From: an uncultured Actinomycetes bacterium
GTDB lineage: Bacteria > Actinomycetota > UBA4738 > HRBIN12
Length of the DNA: 64,000 nucleotides
NCBI GenBank assembly: GCA_963708985.1
Contig: CAVPUQ010000002.1
Coordinates: 155,240 to 219,239 of the forward strand
Direction of reading: 5' to 3'
The notes beneath the pieces are model-generated. The model did no database searches and was not told the DNA's origin. It worked only from the letters and a program-made list of their open reading frames with translations. Below, one piece after another: positions 27,545 through 37,165 of the stretch. A program made the translations under genes and the position numbers. Numbering within the stretch: position 1 is the first letter of the stretch; every line of letters begins with the position of its first letter.

Positions 27545-28915
27545 TCAGGCCCTGGTCAGGGCCCCGATGAGCTCGTCCCATGCCTCCAGGTAGGCGTCCA
27601 CGTCGGCGTCGGTGCCGGGCACCGGCACGACCGGGCCGGCGCCGACGATCGCCTCCCAGACGCCCCGGTTCGCGAGCCAGATCCGGATCAGGCGCACGAG
27701 CGTCCCGTCGGAGCACGCGCGCGCCTCCTCCGCGTTTCGGACGGGCGTGGGCCGGAACGTGTAGCCGGAGCGTGGGCCCATGTGGTGGATGTGCCAGGAC
27801 AGGCCGACGCGCTCGACGCCGGCGCGCATCTCCTCGGCCAGCCGGGCGCCGAGGCGCTGGGTGCTCGCGTAGGCGTCGGGGGTCAGGACCTCGAACATGA
27901 CCGCACGGGCGGCGGCCATCGAGAGCGCGTTCGCGAACAGCGTGCCGCCCGTCGCGACGACGCCCACGCGGCCGCCCTCCTCGTCCCTGCCCTGCTCGAG
28001 CACCCGAGCGACCTCCGCGGTCATGCCCCACGCGCCGAAGGGCACCCCGCCGGCGATCGACTTGCCGATCGTGATGAGGTCGGGTTGCAGGCTCCACTGG
28101 CGCGTGAGGCCTCCGGCGCCGACGACCTGCGTGTGGGTCTCGTCCAGCGCGAGGAGCGTGCCGGTGTCGCGCGTGATCCGGCGCAGGGCCTCGTGGAAGC
28201 CGGGCTCGGGCAGGATCAGGCCGTTGTTGTTCGTGAGGGCGGGCTCGGTGAGGACCACCGCGACGTCGCGAGGCTCGAGCGCGGCCGCGAGCGCCTCGGG
28301 GTCGTTGAAGCGCACGACCTTGGTGCGGGTGGTGACGCCGGCCGGCAGGCCGGTCTCCTCGGGCACCAGGTTGCCGTCGGCGTCGAGCTCGACCAGCGCC
28401 TCGTCGAAGTGGCCGTGGTACTTGCCGTCGAACATGAGGACCTTGTCGCGTCCGGTGAACACGCGCGAGACGCGGATCGCCTCGGTGTTCGCCTGGCTGG
28501 CCGAGAGCGTGTACTGCCACATCGGCAGGCCGTAGCGACGGCCGAGCTCCTCGGAGACCGCGATCGCATCCTCGGTCGGCAGCAGGAACTGGTTGCCGGC
28601 GGCGATGCGCTCGGAGACCGCGCGCACGAGCGGCTCCGGCGCGTAGCCGCAGAACATCGACATGTCCGCGATGTTGAAGTCCGAGAAGGTCCGGCTGTCG
28701 GCGCATGTGAAGCGCGAGCCCGTGCCCTCGGCCGCCCAGAGCGGGTCGTGGTGGTACGAGCCGCGGAACCAGGACATCGGCACGCCGTTCGGCATGACGG
28801 CTGTGCCGCGCTGGCGCAGCTCGACGCAGCGGGGGTGCTCGGCGTGGAAGCGAGCGTCCTCGCGCTCCTTCAGCTCGAGCACGAGTGCGCGGTCGACGGT
28901 GGGGGAGCCGGTCAC
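27545..28915 (-). CDS. Class III pyridoxal-phosphate aminotransferase (GSA aminomutase-like)
   Basis: 456 aa: ...VLMFDGKYHGHFDE..., ...LALDETHT..., GKSIAGGVP (lysine motif). Confidence 0.8.
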   Translation of the reverse strand: MTGSPTVDRALVLELKEREDARFHAEHPRCVELRQRGTAVMPNGVPMSWFRGSYHHDPLWAAEGTGSRFTCADSRTFSDFNIADMSMFCGYAPEPLVRAVSERIAAGNQFLLPTEDAIAVSEELGRRYGLPMWQYTLSASQANTEAIRVSRVFTGRDKVLMFDGKYHGHFDEALVELDADGNLVPEETGLPAGVTTRTKVVRFNDPEALAAALEPRDVAVVLTEPALTNNNGLILPEPGFHEALRRITRDTGTLLALDETHTQVVGAGGLTRQWSLQPDLITIGKSIAGGVPFGAWGMTAEVARVLEQGRDEEGGRVGVVATGGTLFANALSMAAARAVMFEVLTPDAYASTQRLGARLAEEMRAGVERVGLSWHIHHMGPRSGYTFRPTPVRNAEEARACSDGTLVRLIRIWLANRGVWEAIVGAGPVVPVPGTDADVDAYLEAWDELIGALTRA

Positions 28916-28953
28916 GGCGCGAGTCTATCGGCGGGCGGGCCCGGCGGCGGGCG

Positions 28954-29238
28954 CTACTGGGCCCGCGCCGACGGGTGCTCGAGGCGCTCGGCGAGGCGCT
29001 CGGCACGCTCGGCGGCCTCGCTCGGCCGGCCCGCCGTGACGGCGCCCATGATCCCGAGCAGCTCGCTCTCGACGCGCGAGGAGATGCGCCCGGTGCCCCG
29101 CGCGACCAGCCCGTCGAGGCGCCGGATCGCCTGCTCGAGACGCCGCAGCGGCTGCTGGGCGACCTCGTCCTGGACCTCCCGCACGACCAGCCGGTGGTCC
29201 TGGCGCCACGCCTCGAGGTCGAGGATCCGTCCCACGCC
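28954..29238 (-). CDS. Small hypothetical protein (about 94 aa), possibly spurious
   Basis: VGRILDLEAWRQDHRLVVREVQDEVAQQPLRRLEQAIRRLDGLVARGTGR... lies in the divergent region between the aminotransferase and the tad locus. There is no homology support. Confidence 0.2.
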   Translation of the reverse strand, partial: GVGRILDLEAWRQDHRLVVREVQDEVAQQPLRRLEQAIRRLDGLVARGTGRISSRVESELLGIMGAVTAGRPSEAAERAERLAERLEHPSARAQ

Positions 29239-29529
29239 TCGAATCGTAGACCGGGGGTCCGACACACCCGTGGAGGTTGGCCGAGGAACCGGATGGGTTC
29301 CGGTCGCGTCGTCCCCCGCGACGTGCTCCCGTGCCGCCGAGTGGCGGACCATGCCATCGGGCGGAGGCTTCCCCCGGTCCGAGCCAGAACCCGTCACTTC
29401 GGGGATGGTCTTGTCGAGGCCCTCCGCGTAGTGTCCGCCCCACGCGACGGTGACGTCGCACCCCCTCGTTCCTCTCCCCGACTTCCCCGGTCGTGTCGGC
29501 GCTTCCCCATGGCGTGGAGCGAGGTCCGG

Positions 29530-30585
29530 ATGGAGATGGCGAGGATCGTGCTCGGGCTCGAGGAGCACGATGTCGCGGAGGAGGTCATGCACTTCCTCGA
29601 CCGCACGGGTCGTGCCCGGGTCGTGGCAACGGCCGCCGACGACCAGCAACTCGTCCAGGCCGTGCGACAGCTCGATCCGGACGCGGTGGTCGCCTCGACG
29701 GGCCTCGTGACCGATCGCCTCGATGGGCGCCCCTTGCTGGCGCTCGAGACCGCCGAGTCGATCCGGAGCCTCCGTGTGGCGATCAGGTTCGGCGCTGCCG
29801 GGTACTTCATCTGGCCGCGCGAGCGCGAGGCGCTCGCGGCCGCCGCGTCCCGGTCGCGCCGAGCGGCGGATCTCGCGCCGGGAGCGCCGGTCGTCGCCGT
29901 GCTCGGCGCGACGGGTGGTGCGGGCGCGACCTTCGTCGCGATCCATCTCGCCGCGGCGATCGCCCGGCGGTCGATCGACGGTGCCCTCGTCGATCTGGAC
30001 GTCGCGTTCGCGGGACTGACCGGCCCGCTCGGGGCGCCAACGACGGAGGTAAGGACGGCCGAGGACCTAGCGGCATCCGGGGGCGACCTCGCTCCCGAGC
30101 AGGTGCGCGAGTCGCTCTGGCGTCATCCCGAAGGCTTCGGGGCTCTGCTGTCGCCCGGGCGGGTCGATCTCGACCTCGGTCCCGTCGTGTACGGGCGTGC
30201 GATCGCGGCCTTGCGGCAGGCCGTGTCGTTCGTGGTGCTCCACGTCCCGCGTGAGATCGGGCCGCTCACGCGGATGGCCCTCACGGCCGCCGACCCTGTG
30301 CTGCTGGTGACGCGGCTCGACGTTGCGTCGTTCAGGGACGCCCGGCGCGTCATCGATGCGACCGGCGTGGAGGAACGGGTCCGGATCGTCGTGAATCGCG
30401 CCGCCCGCGCCGAGATCACACCCGCCGACGTCGAGCGCGTCTTCGGGCGACCCGCCCTCGCGGTGATCCCGTCGGACCGTCGCGTTCGTGGCGCGCAGGA
30501 TCGAGGTGCGATCCTCCCTCGGCGCGGGAGGATCGGACGCGAGCTCGATCGGCTCGCGCGGGTACTCCTGGAGGGAGCTTCGTGA
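29530..30585 (+). CDS. Pilus assembly ATPase CpaE/TadZ (Ssd-like), receiver-like N-domain plus ParA/MinD-type P-loop domain
   Basis: MEMARIVLGLEEHDVAEEVMHFLDR... (REC-like), VVAVLGATGGAGATFVAIHLAAAIA (deviant Walker A). Its stop overlaps the cpaF GTG. Confidence 0.75.
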   Translation: MEMARIVLGLEEHDVAEEVMHFLDRTGRARVVATAADDQQLVQAVRQLDPDAVVASTGLVTDRLDGRPLLALETAESIRSLRVAIRFGAAGYFIWPREREALAAAASRSRRAADLAPGAPVVAVLGATGGAGATFVAIHLAAAIARRSIDGALVDLDVAFAGLTGPLGAPTTEVRTAEDLAASGGDLAPEQVRESLWRHPEGFGALLSPGRVDLDLGPVVYGRAIAALRQAVSFVVLHVPREIGPLTRMALTAADPVLLVTRLDVASFRDARRVIDATGVEERVRIVVNRAARAEITPADVERVFGRPALAVIPSDRRVRGAQDRGAILPRRGRIGRELDRLARVLLEGAS

Positions 30586-31875
30586 GGGCCGACGCACTCG
30601 CCGAGGTTCGTCGCGGTCTGCACGAGCGCCTGCTTCGACGCGTCGACGCCGACGAGCTCGCACGGGTCTCGCGCGCCGAGCGCCGTGTCCGGGTCCGCGA
30701 GGAGGCGCTCCAGATCCTTCGCGACGAGGGGCACATCCTTCCCCAAGGCGCGCTCACGCGGGTCGTGAATGACGTTTCGGATGCGGTCGTCGGGCTGGGG
30801 CCCATCGAGTTCCTGCTCAAGGACCCCGAGATCACCGAGGTGATGGTGAACGGGCCCGACGACGTCTACGTGGAGCGGAAGGGGCGGATCGAGAAGGTGG
30901 TGGGCCGTCTGTTTGAGGGGGAGGAGGCGGTCTTCCACGTGATCGAGCGCATCGTGGCCCCGCTCGGCCTTCGGGTCGATGGGTCGTCACCTTGGGTGGA
31001 CGCGCGACTGCCGGATGGCTCGCGGGTGCATGCGATCGTTCCGCCCCTTTCGCTCTGCGGCCCAGTCCTCAACGTCCGCAAGTTCGCGGCCGTGGGGATC
31101 ACGCCACAGGCTCTCGTTGCCAACGGCACGCTCGGCCCGCGCATGCTCGGGTTCCTCAGCGCGTGCGTGCGCGGGCGGGCGAACATCGTGATCTCGGGCG
31201 GCACGAGCTCGGGCAAGACGACCCTGCTCGGCGTCCTCACGTCGTTCGTGCCCACGGGCGAGAGGATCGTCACGATCGAGGATGCCGCGGAGCTCCGGAT
31301 CGCCAAGCCGCACGTGATCGGTCTGGAGTCCCGGCCGCCGAACGTCGAGGGACGGGGCGAGGTCACGGTTCGAGACCTCGTGCGCAACGCGCTACGGATG
31401 CGCCCGGACCGGATCGTGGTCGGTGAGGTCCGAGGTGGAGAGGCGCTGGACATGCTCCAGGCGATGAACACCGGCCACGACGGCTCGCTGTCGACGGCGC
31501 ACGCGAACTCGGCCCGCCACCTGCTCTGGCGGCTCGAGACGATGGCGCTGATGTCGGACGTCGTACTTCCGGTCGAGCATGTCCGAAAGCAGGTCGGGGC
31601 AGCGGTCGACGTCGTGGTGCACATGGCCAGGCTCCGAGACGGACGGCGGGTCGTCTTCGAGGTCGCCACGGTGGACGGGGTCCGTGACGGGGAGCCCGTC
31701 CTGACCGGCGTCTTCGGGTTCGTTCCACGACTCGGAACGGGCGGCAGGTTCATGTGCAGCGGTCAAGAGCCCGAGCTCGCGGCGACGCTCCGAGCGCGCG
31801 GCGAGCACGTTCCGGAGGCATGGTTCGCCTCCGGCCCCGATCTCGCGACATCGGCGGAGGGGGTGCGTCGGTGGC
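30582..31875 (+). CDS. cpaF: Tad pilus secretion ATPase CpaF/TadA. The 3' end runs on because of an apparent G-run insertion
   Basis: VMVNGPDDVYVERKG..., ISGGTSSGKTTLL (Walker A), IVTIEDAAEL, MRPDRIVVGEVRGGEA, MNTGHDGSLSTAHAN. In the given sequence the frame continues into tadB. Removing one G at about 31855-31859 restores TGA at about 31873. Confidence 0.75.
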
Positions 31876-32612
31876 GGCTGAGGTCGCGGCCGTCTTGGCC
31901 ACCGGTGCGGTCATGTTCGCGGGTCTCGCGGGCGGTTCCGAGCGCCGGCGTTCCGTGCTGGCCGCCATCGGTCTCACCGGTGCGGTCCAGACGGGGAACG
32001 TCACCGTCCGGAGGCGGTCGGCGGCGCGAAGTGCTCTCGACCGGGTCGCGCGCTGGCGAGCGGCCCGACGCACGGACCTGCTCGAGGGTCAGCTCGCCGA
32101 CGCGATCTCGGCGATCGCGGCCGGTTCACGTGCGGGCATGTCCCTGCCGCAGGCGGTCGCGCTCGCGGCCGAGCAGGTGTCGGAGCCGTTGGGTGGCTCG
32201 CTCAGGGCAGTCGTCGACGGGGCACGGCTCGGGGTCGCCGCTCGAAGAGGCGCTCGATGGATGGGTGGCTGCGATCACGGTGCCGGATGTTCGTCTCGTG
32301 GCGGGTGTCCTCCGACTGCACCGCCGGGCCGGCGGCGCGCTGGCGCCGGTCCTCGAGGGCCTCGCGCGCACGCTCCGTGAGCGGCGGGCGGCCGTGCGAG
32401 AGGTTCGCTCGCTGACCGCGCAGGCTCGGTTGTCCGGCGCGATCCTCGGCCTGCTGCCGATCGGCTTCTTCGGGTTCCTTTGGCTCACCTCGAGCCGTGA
32501 CATGGCGATCGCCGTCGGCTCCCCGCTCGGGCGAACCGCCATCGCAGGTGGGCTCGTGCTTCAAGCCGCCGCGTTCGTGTGGATCCGCCGACTCCTGCGG
32601 GTCGAGCCGTGA
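31862..32612 (+). pseudogene. tadB: Tad pilus inner-membrane protein TadB, with a +1 frameshift at about 32240
   Basis: The N-part is in one frame (VAAEVAAVLATGAVMFAGLAGG...LLEGQLADAISAIAAGSRAGMSLPQAVALAAEQVSEPLGGSLRAVVDGARLG). The C-part is in the cpaF frame (SPLEEALDGWVAAITVPDVRLVAGVLRLHRRAGGALAPVLEGLARTLRERRA...). The junction is CTCGGGGTCG. Confidence 0.65.
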
Positions 32613-33445
32613 CCCCGCCCGTGTCGGCGGCCCTCCTGGCCTCGGCGGCCGCCGTGTTCCTGGTCGCCGCGGCCGCCGGCGGCGTCGAACACGACCCGCT
32701 CGGCCAGATCGCTGCCCGAGGGCGAACCTCCGGCCCGCGCGTGTGGACCTTGGACAGGATCGGGTCCGTTCCTTGGCTGCGCAGGATGGCCGGTGCCGAA
32801 CGCATCGAGAGCTTGCTCGCGGCCGCCGGCTGGGAGCGGACGGTCGCCGAGGTGGCGGGCCTCAAGTGGCTCGCGTTCGCCGCCGCTTTCGCCGGAGCCT
32901 TGGCACTGCCCGGCCCCGCGGTGCTGGGCCCCGCGCTCGGCGCCGCCGCGTTCCGGGGTCCGGACATCCTCCTCGCACGGGTCGCGAAGCGCCGACGCCT
33001 GCGGGCGGATCGCGAGCTCCCGCTGTTCCTCGACCTGCTCGCGGCCGCGTCGACCGCCGGCTGGACGGGCCAGCTCGCCGTGCGGCACGCGACCGATGCG
33101 ACCGAAGGTCCGCTCGCCGAGGAACTCGCGACGGCGCTCCACCGGACGGATCTCGGTGGGCGGTGGAACGACGAGCTCGCCGCCGCCGCCGAGCGGCTGG
33201 ATCTGCCGGACCTGCGGCGGATGGCCGCGCTGCTCGCGCGCAGCGGGGCGATCGGCTCTTCGCTTTCCGACACGTTGACGGACCTCGCCCGCGAGAGCCG
33301 TGAGGCGCGCCGGACGCTCGTCGCCGAGCGCGCTCGCAAGGCTCCCGTGAAGATGCTGTTCCCGCTCGTGTTCCTCGTCCTCCCCGCCTTCCTCCTCCTC
33401 ACCGTGGTCCCGGTCCTCGTGACCACGCTGCGCTCGATCCGCTGA
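32609..33445 (+). CDS. tadC: Tad pilus inner-membrane protein TadC (T2SS-F domain)
   Basis: GTG overlaps the tadB stop (GTGA). ...LPLFLDLLAAASTAGWTGQLAVRHA...ELATALHRTDLGGRWNDEL..., C-terminal TM LFPLVFLVLPAFLLLTVVPVLV. Confidence 0.75.
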   Translation: MTPPVSAALLASAAAVFLVAAAAGGVEHDPLGQIAARGRTSGPRVWTLDRIGSVPWLRRMAGAERIESLLAAAGWERTVAEVAGLKWLAFAAAFAGALALPGPAVLGPALGAAAFRGPDILLARVAKRRRLRADRELPLFLDLLAAASTAGWTGQLAVRHATDATEGPLAEELATALHRTDLGGRWNDELAAAAERLDLPDLRRMAALLARSGAIGSSLSDTLTDLARESREARRTLVAERARKAPVKMLFPLVFLVLPAFLLLTVVPVLVTTLRSIR

Positions 33446-33459
33446 GAGGAGGTGAACCG

Positions 33460-33654
33460 GTGTTGCTTTCCTGGTACGTACGCTTACGTGTCCGTCTGAC
33501 ACAGGAGCTCGGGCAGACCACCGCCGAGTACGCGCTCGTGATCCTCGCGGCTGCTGCGGTCGCGGTGGTGCTCATCGCCTGGGCTCGCTCGTCGGGCAAG
33601 CTCCCGGCGTTCTTCGACAACATCATCGATCAGGTGGCGGGCAGTGCCGCGTAG
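33460..33654 (+). CDS. flp: Flp/Fap family pilin
   Basis: 64 aa. AGGAGGTGA RBS then GTG. ...LTQELGQTTAEYALVILAAAAVAVVLIAW has the Flp G/xTAxEY processing motif and a hydrophobic stem. Confidence 0.8.
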   Translation: MLLSWYVRLRVRLTQELGQTTAEYALVILAAAAVAVVLIAWARSSGKLPAFFDNIIDQVAGSAA

Positions 33655-34033
33655 GGCCGAGCGCGAGGACGGCTCCGCCGTCGTCGAGTTCGCGCTGCTC
33701 TTGCCGGTCCTGTTCCTCGTCCTGCTCGCGGCCGTTCAGGTCGGGCTGCTCGCGAGGGATCAGCTGCTGCTCACGCACGCCGCGCGCGCCGGGGCGCGCG
33801 AGGCTGCCGTCTCTGTGGACGATGAGCGGGTGCGGCAGGTCACGCTCGAGGCCGCGCCTGGACTCGATCCGGCTCGCGTGGACGTCGGTGTGGTGCGGGA
33901 GGGCGCTCAGGGAGCGCCGGTGACCGTCGACGTCCGCTACCGAGCCGTGACCGCCGGTCCGCTCGCGGGATGGCTGGTGCCCGAGGTGGTCGATCTTCGC
34001 GCGACCGCGTCCATGCGACAGGAGGTCGGGTGA
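33644..34033 (+). CDS. TadE/TadG-like pseudopilin
   Basis: ...EDGSAVVEFALLLPVLFLVLLAAVQVGLL... is the TadE N-terminal motif. Confidence 0.7.
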   Translation: MPRRAEREDGSAVVEFALLLPVLFLVLLAAVQVGLLARDQLLLTHAARAGAREAAVSVDDERVRQVTLEAAPGLDPARVDVGVVREGAQGAPVTVDVRYRAVTAGPLAGWLVPEVVDLRATASMRQEVG

Positions 34034-34407
34034 TCGATCCCCACCATGACGACGGGTCGGTTTCGCTCGTCGTCGTGGGCATCCTCGTCGCCGTGATGGT
34101 GCTCGCGCTCGGCGCGGCCGACCTCGCGCGCGTGCTCGTCGTGGCGGCGAAGGCGCAGACCGCGGCGGATGCTGCCGCGCTCGCCGCGGCACAGAGCCTC
34201 GCGATCACGAGCGACGTCGACCCATCGCAGGCCGCGAGCGATCTTGCCGTCCGGAACGGCGGACGGGTGCGCTCCTGCGTGTGCGAACCCGGGACGTTCG
34301 AGGCTCGGGTCGAGGTCGAGGCCCCGGTGGGACGGCTGTTCCTGTCGCCCGACGACCTCGTCGTGACGGCCCACGCGAGGGCGATCGTCGAGGTCCCCGC
34401 GCCCTGA
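34030..34407 (+). CDS. TadE-like / Rv3655c-like pilus-associated membrane protein
   Basis: GTG after GGAGGTCGG. VIDPHHDDGSVSLVVVGILVAVMVLALGAADLARVLVVAAKAQTAADAAALAAAQS... Confidence 0.55.
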   Translation: MIDPHHDDGSVSLVVVGILVAVMVLALGAADLARVLVVAAKAQTAADAAALAAAQSLAITSDVDPSQAASDLAVRNGGRVRSCVCEPGTFEARVEVEAPVGRLFLSPDDLVVTAHARAIVEVPAP

Positions 34408-34437
34408 GGGCCCGTTCCCGCTCAAGTCGGAGGCCAG

Positions 34438-34857
34438 GTGTACGATGCCTCAACCATGGCGACCGGTAGGGACAGCGGGATGAAGCCGAAGGGGCGGCGG
34501 GCGGTGCTCGCCACCGTCGACTACACGCTTGCCAAGCGCGCCCTCCTGAACGAGGTCCGTACCGGCATGACCTCGTGGACCGACGTGTGCGACGCGCACC
34601 CGGAGCTGATGCGCGCCGCGATCCACGTGGGGGAGTCCTCGCGCCGCGACTGCCCGGTCTGCTCGAAGACCAAGCTCCGCCTGGTCACCTACGTCTACGG
34701 CGACGGTCTGCGCGAGGAGAACGGCCGGGTCTGGCCTCTCGACGTGGGTCTGTCGATGGCTGCCGACCGCCCCGGCTCTTGGTGCTACGTGGTCGAGGTC
34801 TGCGTCGAGTGCCAGTGGAACCACCTGTCCGAGGCCTTCGTGGCCCGGGCCGTCTGA
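34438..34857 (+). CDS. DUF5318-like conserved actinobacterial protein (Rv0049-like, next to ponA1)
   Basis: ...CPVCSKTKLRLVTYVYGD...GSWCYVVEVCVECQWNHL is a four-Cys signature. It sits immediately upstream of a class A PBP, as in mycobacterial Rv0049-ponA1. Confidence 0.55.
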   Translation: MYDASTMATGRDSGMKPKGRRAVLATVDYTLAKRALLNEVRTGMTSWTDVCDAHPELMRAAIHVGESSRRDCPVCSKTKLRLVTYVYGDGLREENGRVWPLDVGLSMAADRPGSWCYVVEVCVECQWNHLSEAFVARAV

Positions 34858-34938
34858 CGCGTCTCCACGGGAACGCAACAGGTTCGTGCGCCGTCTTGCC
34901 TTGGGAAACCGCAGGTCACCGGTAGGATCGGAAGCGTC

Positions 34939-37161
34939 TTGGTGGTGAAGTCCGCAGCCCGCAGGCCCGCGAACCGTCGCAAGCACGCCGCCCGCAAGGA
35001 TACGAAGCGCAAGCCCGGGATCAAGGGCTGGCTCAAGAGGTGGTGGTGGGCGTTCGTCGCCGTGCCCCTCCTCGGCGTCCTGGGCGTGCTCGGGACCCTC
35101 TACTACCTGTACACGCAGCTCGAGCTGCCCTCGACCCCGCCGCCGCTGCAGACCACCTACGTCTACGATCGTGACGGGAACCTCCTGACGACGCTGCACG
35201 CTAGCGTCGACCGCACGATCGTGCCGCTCGACCAGATGCCGAGGAGCCTGCGCAACGCGGTCATCGCGGCCGAGGACAAGGGCTTCTACGAGCATCCGGG
35301 CATCGACCCGCTCGGGATCGTTCGCGCCGCGTGGACCGACCTCATCGCGGGCGAGACCGTGCAGGGCGGCTCGACCATCACTCAGCAGGTCGTGAAGAAC
35401 GTCTACGCGGGCACGTACCAAGCCGACCCCGAGACCGGGCAGCAGGTCTACACCGTCCCGCCGAGGACCTTCGGCCAGAAGATCCGCGAGTCGCTGCTGG
35501 CCATGAAGGTCGAGCAGGAGTTCACGAAGGACGAGATCCTCGCGACCTACCTGAACACCGTCTACTTCGGCCACGGCGCGTACGGCGTCCAGGCGGCCGC
35601 CCAGACCTACTGGAGCAAGGACTCGAGCGAGCTGACGGCCCTCGAGTCCGCCACCCTGGCCGGCCTGATCCCGAGCCCGAGCCTCTTCGACCCGATCGAC
35701 TACCCGGAGGACGCGAAGACCCGTCGCAACTACGTGCTCGACCGCATGGTGGCGGCCGGCTACCTGCTGGCCGACCGCGCCGAGGTCCTGAAGGGCAAGG
35801 ACGTCCGCACCGACCAGCTCGCGAACGCCGACGACTTCCCCCGCAAGCTCGGCTACTTCCTGGACTACACGCGTCGCTCGCTGATCGCTCAATGGGGCGA
35901 GGCGACCGTGTTCGGCGGGGGTCTCCAGGTGACGACGACCCTGGATCGCCAGATGCAGGCGTTCGCCCAGGAGGCCGTCGCGAACCGGTTGCCCGATCCG
36001 GCCGATCCGGAGGCCGCGCTCGTCGCGATCGACCCGAGGACGGGCGGCGTGCTCGCGATGGTGGGCGGTAGCAACTGGGACCGCTCGCAGGTGAACCTCG
36101 CGACCGGCGACGGGGGGACCGGCCGCCAGGCGGGCTCGGCGTTCAAGCCGTTCACGCTGGTCGCCGCGATGGAGGACAAGATCAGCCTGAACTCTCGGTG
36201 GAGCGGACCCGGGTCGATCACGATCCCCGACCGGCGCTGCTACACGGACGGCGCCCCGTGGGAGCTGTCGAACGCGAGCGATTCCGAGGCCGGAACCTTC
36301 ACGCTCACGCAGGCGACCACGCACTCGGTGAACACGGTCTTCGCGCAGCTCGTGACGGTCGTCGGGCCTGAAGCGGTGGTCGACGTGGCGCACCGGATGG
36401 GGATCACCTCGGATCTCGACCCCGTGTGCTCGATCACGCTCGGCACGCAGGAGGTCACGCCGCTCGAGATGACCGACGCCTATGCGACGCTCGCCGCGCG
36501 AGGGTGGCGCCACCGTGCGACCCCGCTCGCCGAGGTCGCCGATCCGAGCGGTGAGGTCCGCCTTCGGATCAACGAGCGCGGTCGCCAGGTCCTCGCCCAG
36601 AACGATGCCGACCTCGCCACGTACGCGCTCCAGACGGTCGTGACGAGTGGGACCGGTACGAACGCGCAGATCGGGCGACCGGTCGCCGGCAAGACCGGGA
36701 CCACGCAGCAGTACGTCGACGCCTGGTTCTGCGGGTACACGCCACAGCTCGCCGCCTGCGTCTGGGTCGGCTACCCCGAGGGCCAGATCCCGCTCGTGAA
36801 CGTCGAGGGCTACTCGGCGGTCTTCGGCGGCACGATCCCCGCCCTGATCTGGCACGACTTCATGCTGAAGGCCATGGAGGGCAAGCCGATCCAGGACTTC
36901 CACGAGCCCTCGTTCGAGGGCTACACGGGCGGCCCGCCGACGCCGCCGCCCTCGACGCCCTCCCCCTCGCCCGAGCCGACCGGGCCCACCGGCCCCACCG
37001 CGCCGACCGGCCCCACCGCGCCGACGGGCCCCACCGCGCCGACCGGGCCTACGGGCCCGACCGGGCCCACCGGAGGCACGGGACCGCCGACCGGACCGAC
37101 CGGCGGCACGGGGCCGCCAGTGCCCAAGCCCACGACACGGGTCGAACCGGCGAGCGGGTGA
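34939..37161 (+). CDS. ponA: Class A penicillin-binding protein (transglycosylase + transpeptidase) with a C-terminal Pro/Thr/Gly-rich repeat tail
   Basis: 740 aa. The GT51 domain reads [44 protein letters not shown]. The TP domain reads GSAFKPF, SNAS, KTGTTQ. There is one N-terminal TM helix. Confidence 0.9.
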   Translation: MVVKSAARRPANRRKHAARKDTKRKPGIKGWLKRWWWAFVAVPLLGVLGVLGTLYYLYTQLELPSTPPPLQTTYVYDRDGNLLTTLHASVDRTIVPLDQMPRSLRNAVIAAEDKGFYEHPGIDPLGIVRAAWTDLIAGETVQGGSTITQQVVKNVYAGTYQADPETGQQVYTVPPRTFGQKIRESLLAMKVEQEFTKDEILATYLNTVYFGHGAYGVQAAAQTYWSKDSSELTALESATLAGLIPSPSLFDPIDYPEDAKTRRNYVLDRMVAAGYLLADRAEVLKGKDVRTDQLANADDFPRKLGYFLDYTRRSLIAQWGEATVFGGGLQVTTTLDRQMQAFAQEAVANRLPDPADPEAALVAIDPRTGGVLAMVGGSNWDRSQVNLATGDGGTGRQAGSAFKPFTLVAAMEDKISLNSRWSGPGSITIPDRRCYTDGAPWELSNASDSEAGTFTLTQATTHSVNTVFAQLVTVVGPEAVVDVAHRMGITSDLDPVCSITLGTQEVTPLEMTDAYATLAARGWRHRATPLAEVADPSGEVRLRINERGRQVLAQNDADLATYALQTVVTSGTGTNAQIGRPVAGKTGTTQQYVDAWFCGYTPQLAACVWVGYPEGQIPLVNVEGYSAVFGGTIPALIWHDFMLKAMEGKPIQDFHEPSFEGYTGGPPTPPPSTPSPSPEPTGPTGPTAPTGPTAPTGPTAPTGPTGPTGPTGGTGPPTGPTGGTGPPVPKPTTRVEPASG
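36980..37110 (+). repeat. Tandem (PTG/PTA)n coding repeat at the PBP C-terminus
   Basis: [48 protein letters not shown] is encoded by near-identical 9-nt units (ccgaccggc/ccgacgggc/cccaccggc). Confidence 0.8.
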
Positions 37162-37165
37162 GGTC

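Noticed and set aside
26967-29431. 796-aa minus ORF and 694-aa plus ORF overlapping the ECF sigma factor and aminotransferase
   Set aside because: Both are out-of-frame or antisense shadows of the sigma factor and the class III aminotransferase. The composition is dominated by R/G/P/A.
34450-36903. 817-aa minus-strand ORF antisense to ponA
   Set aside because: Antisense to an intact, clearly conserved class A PBP. No motifs.
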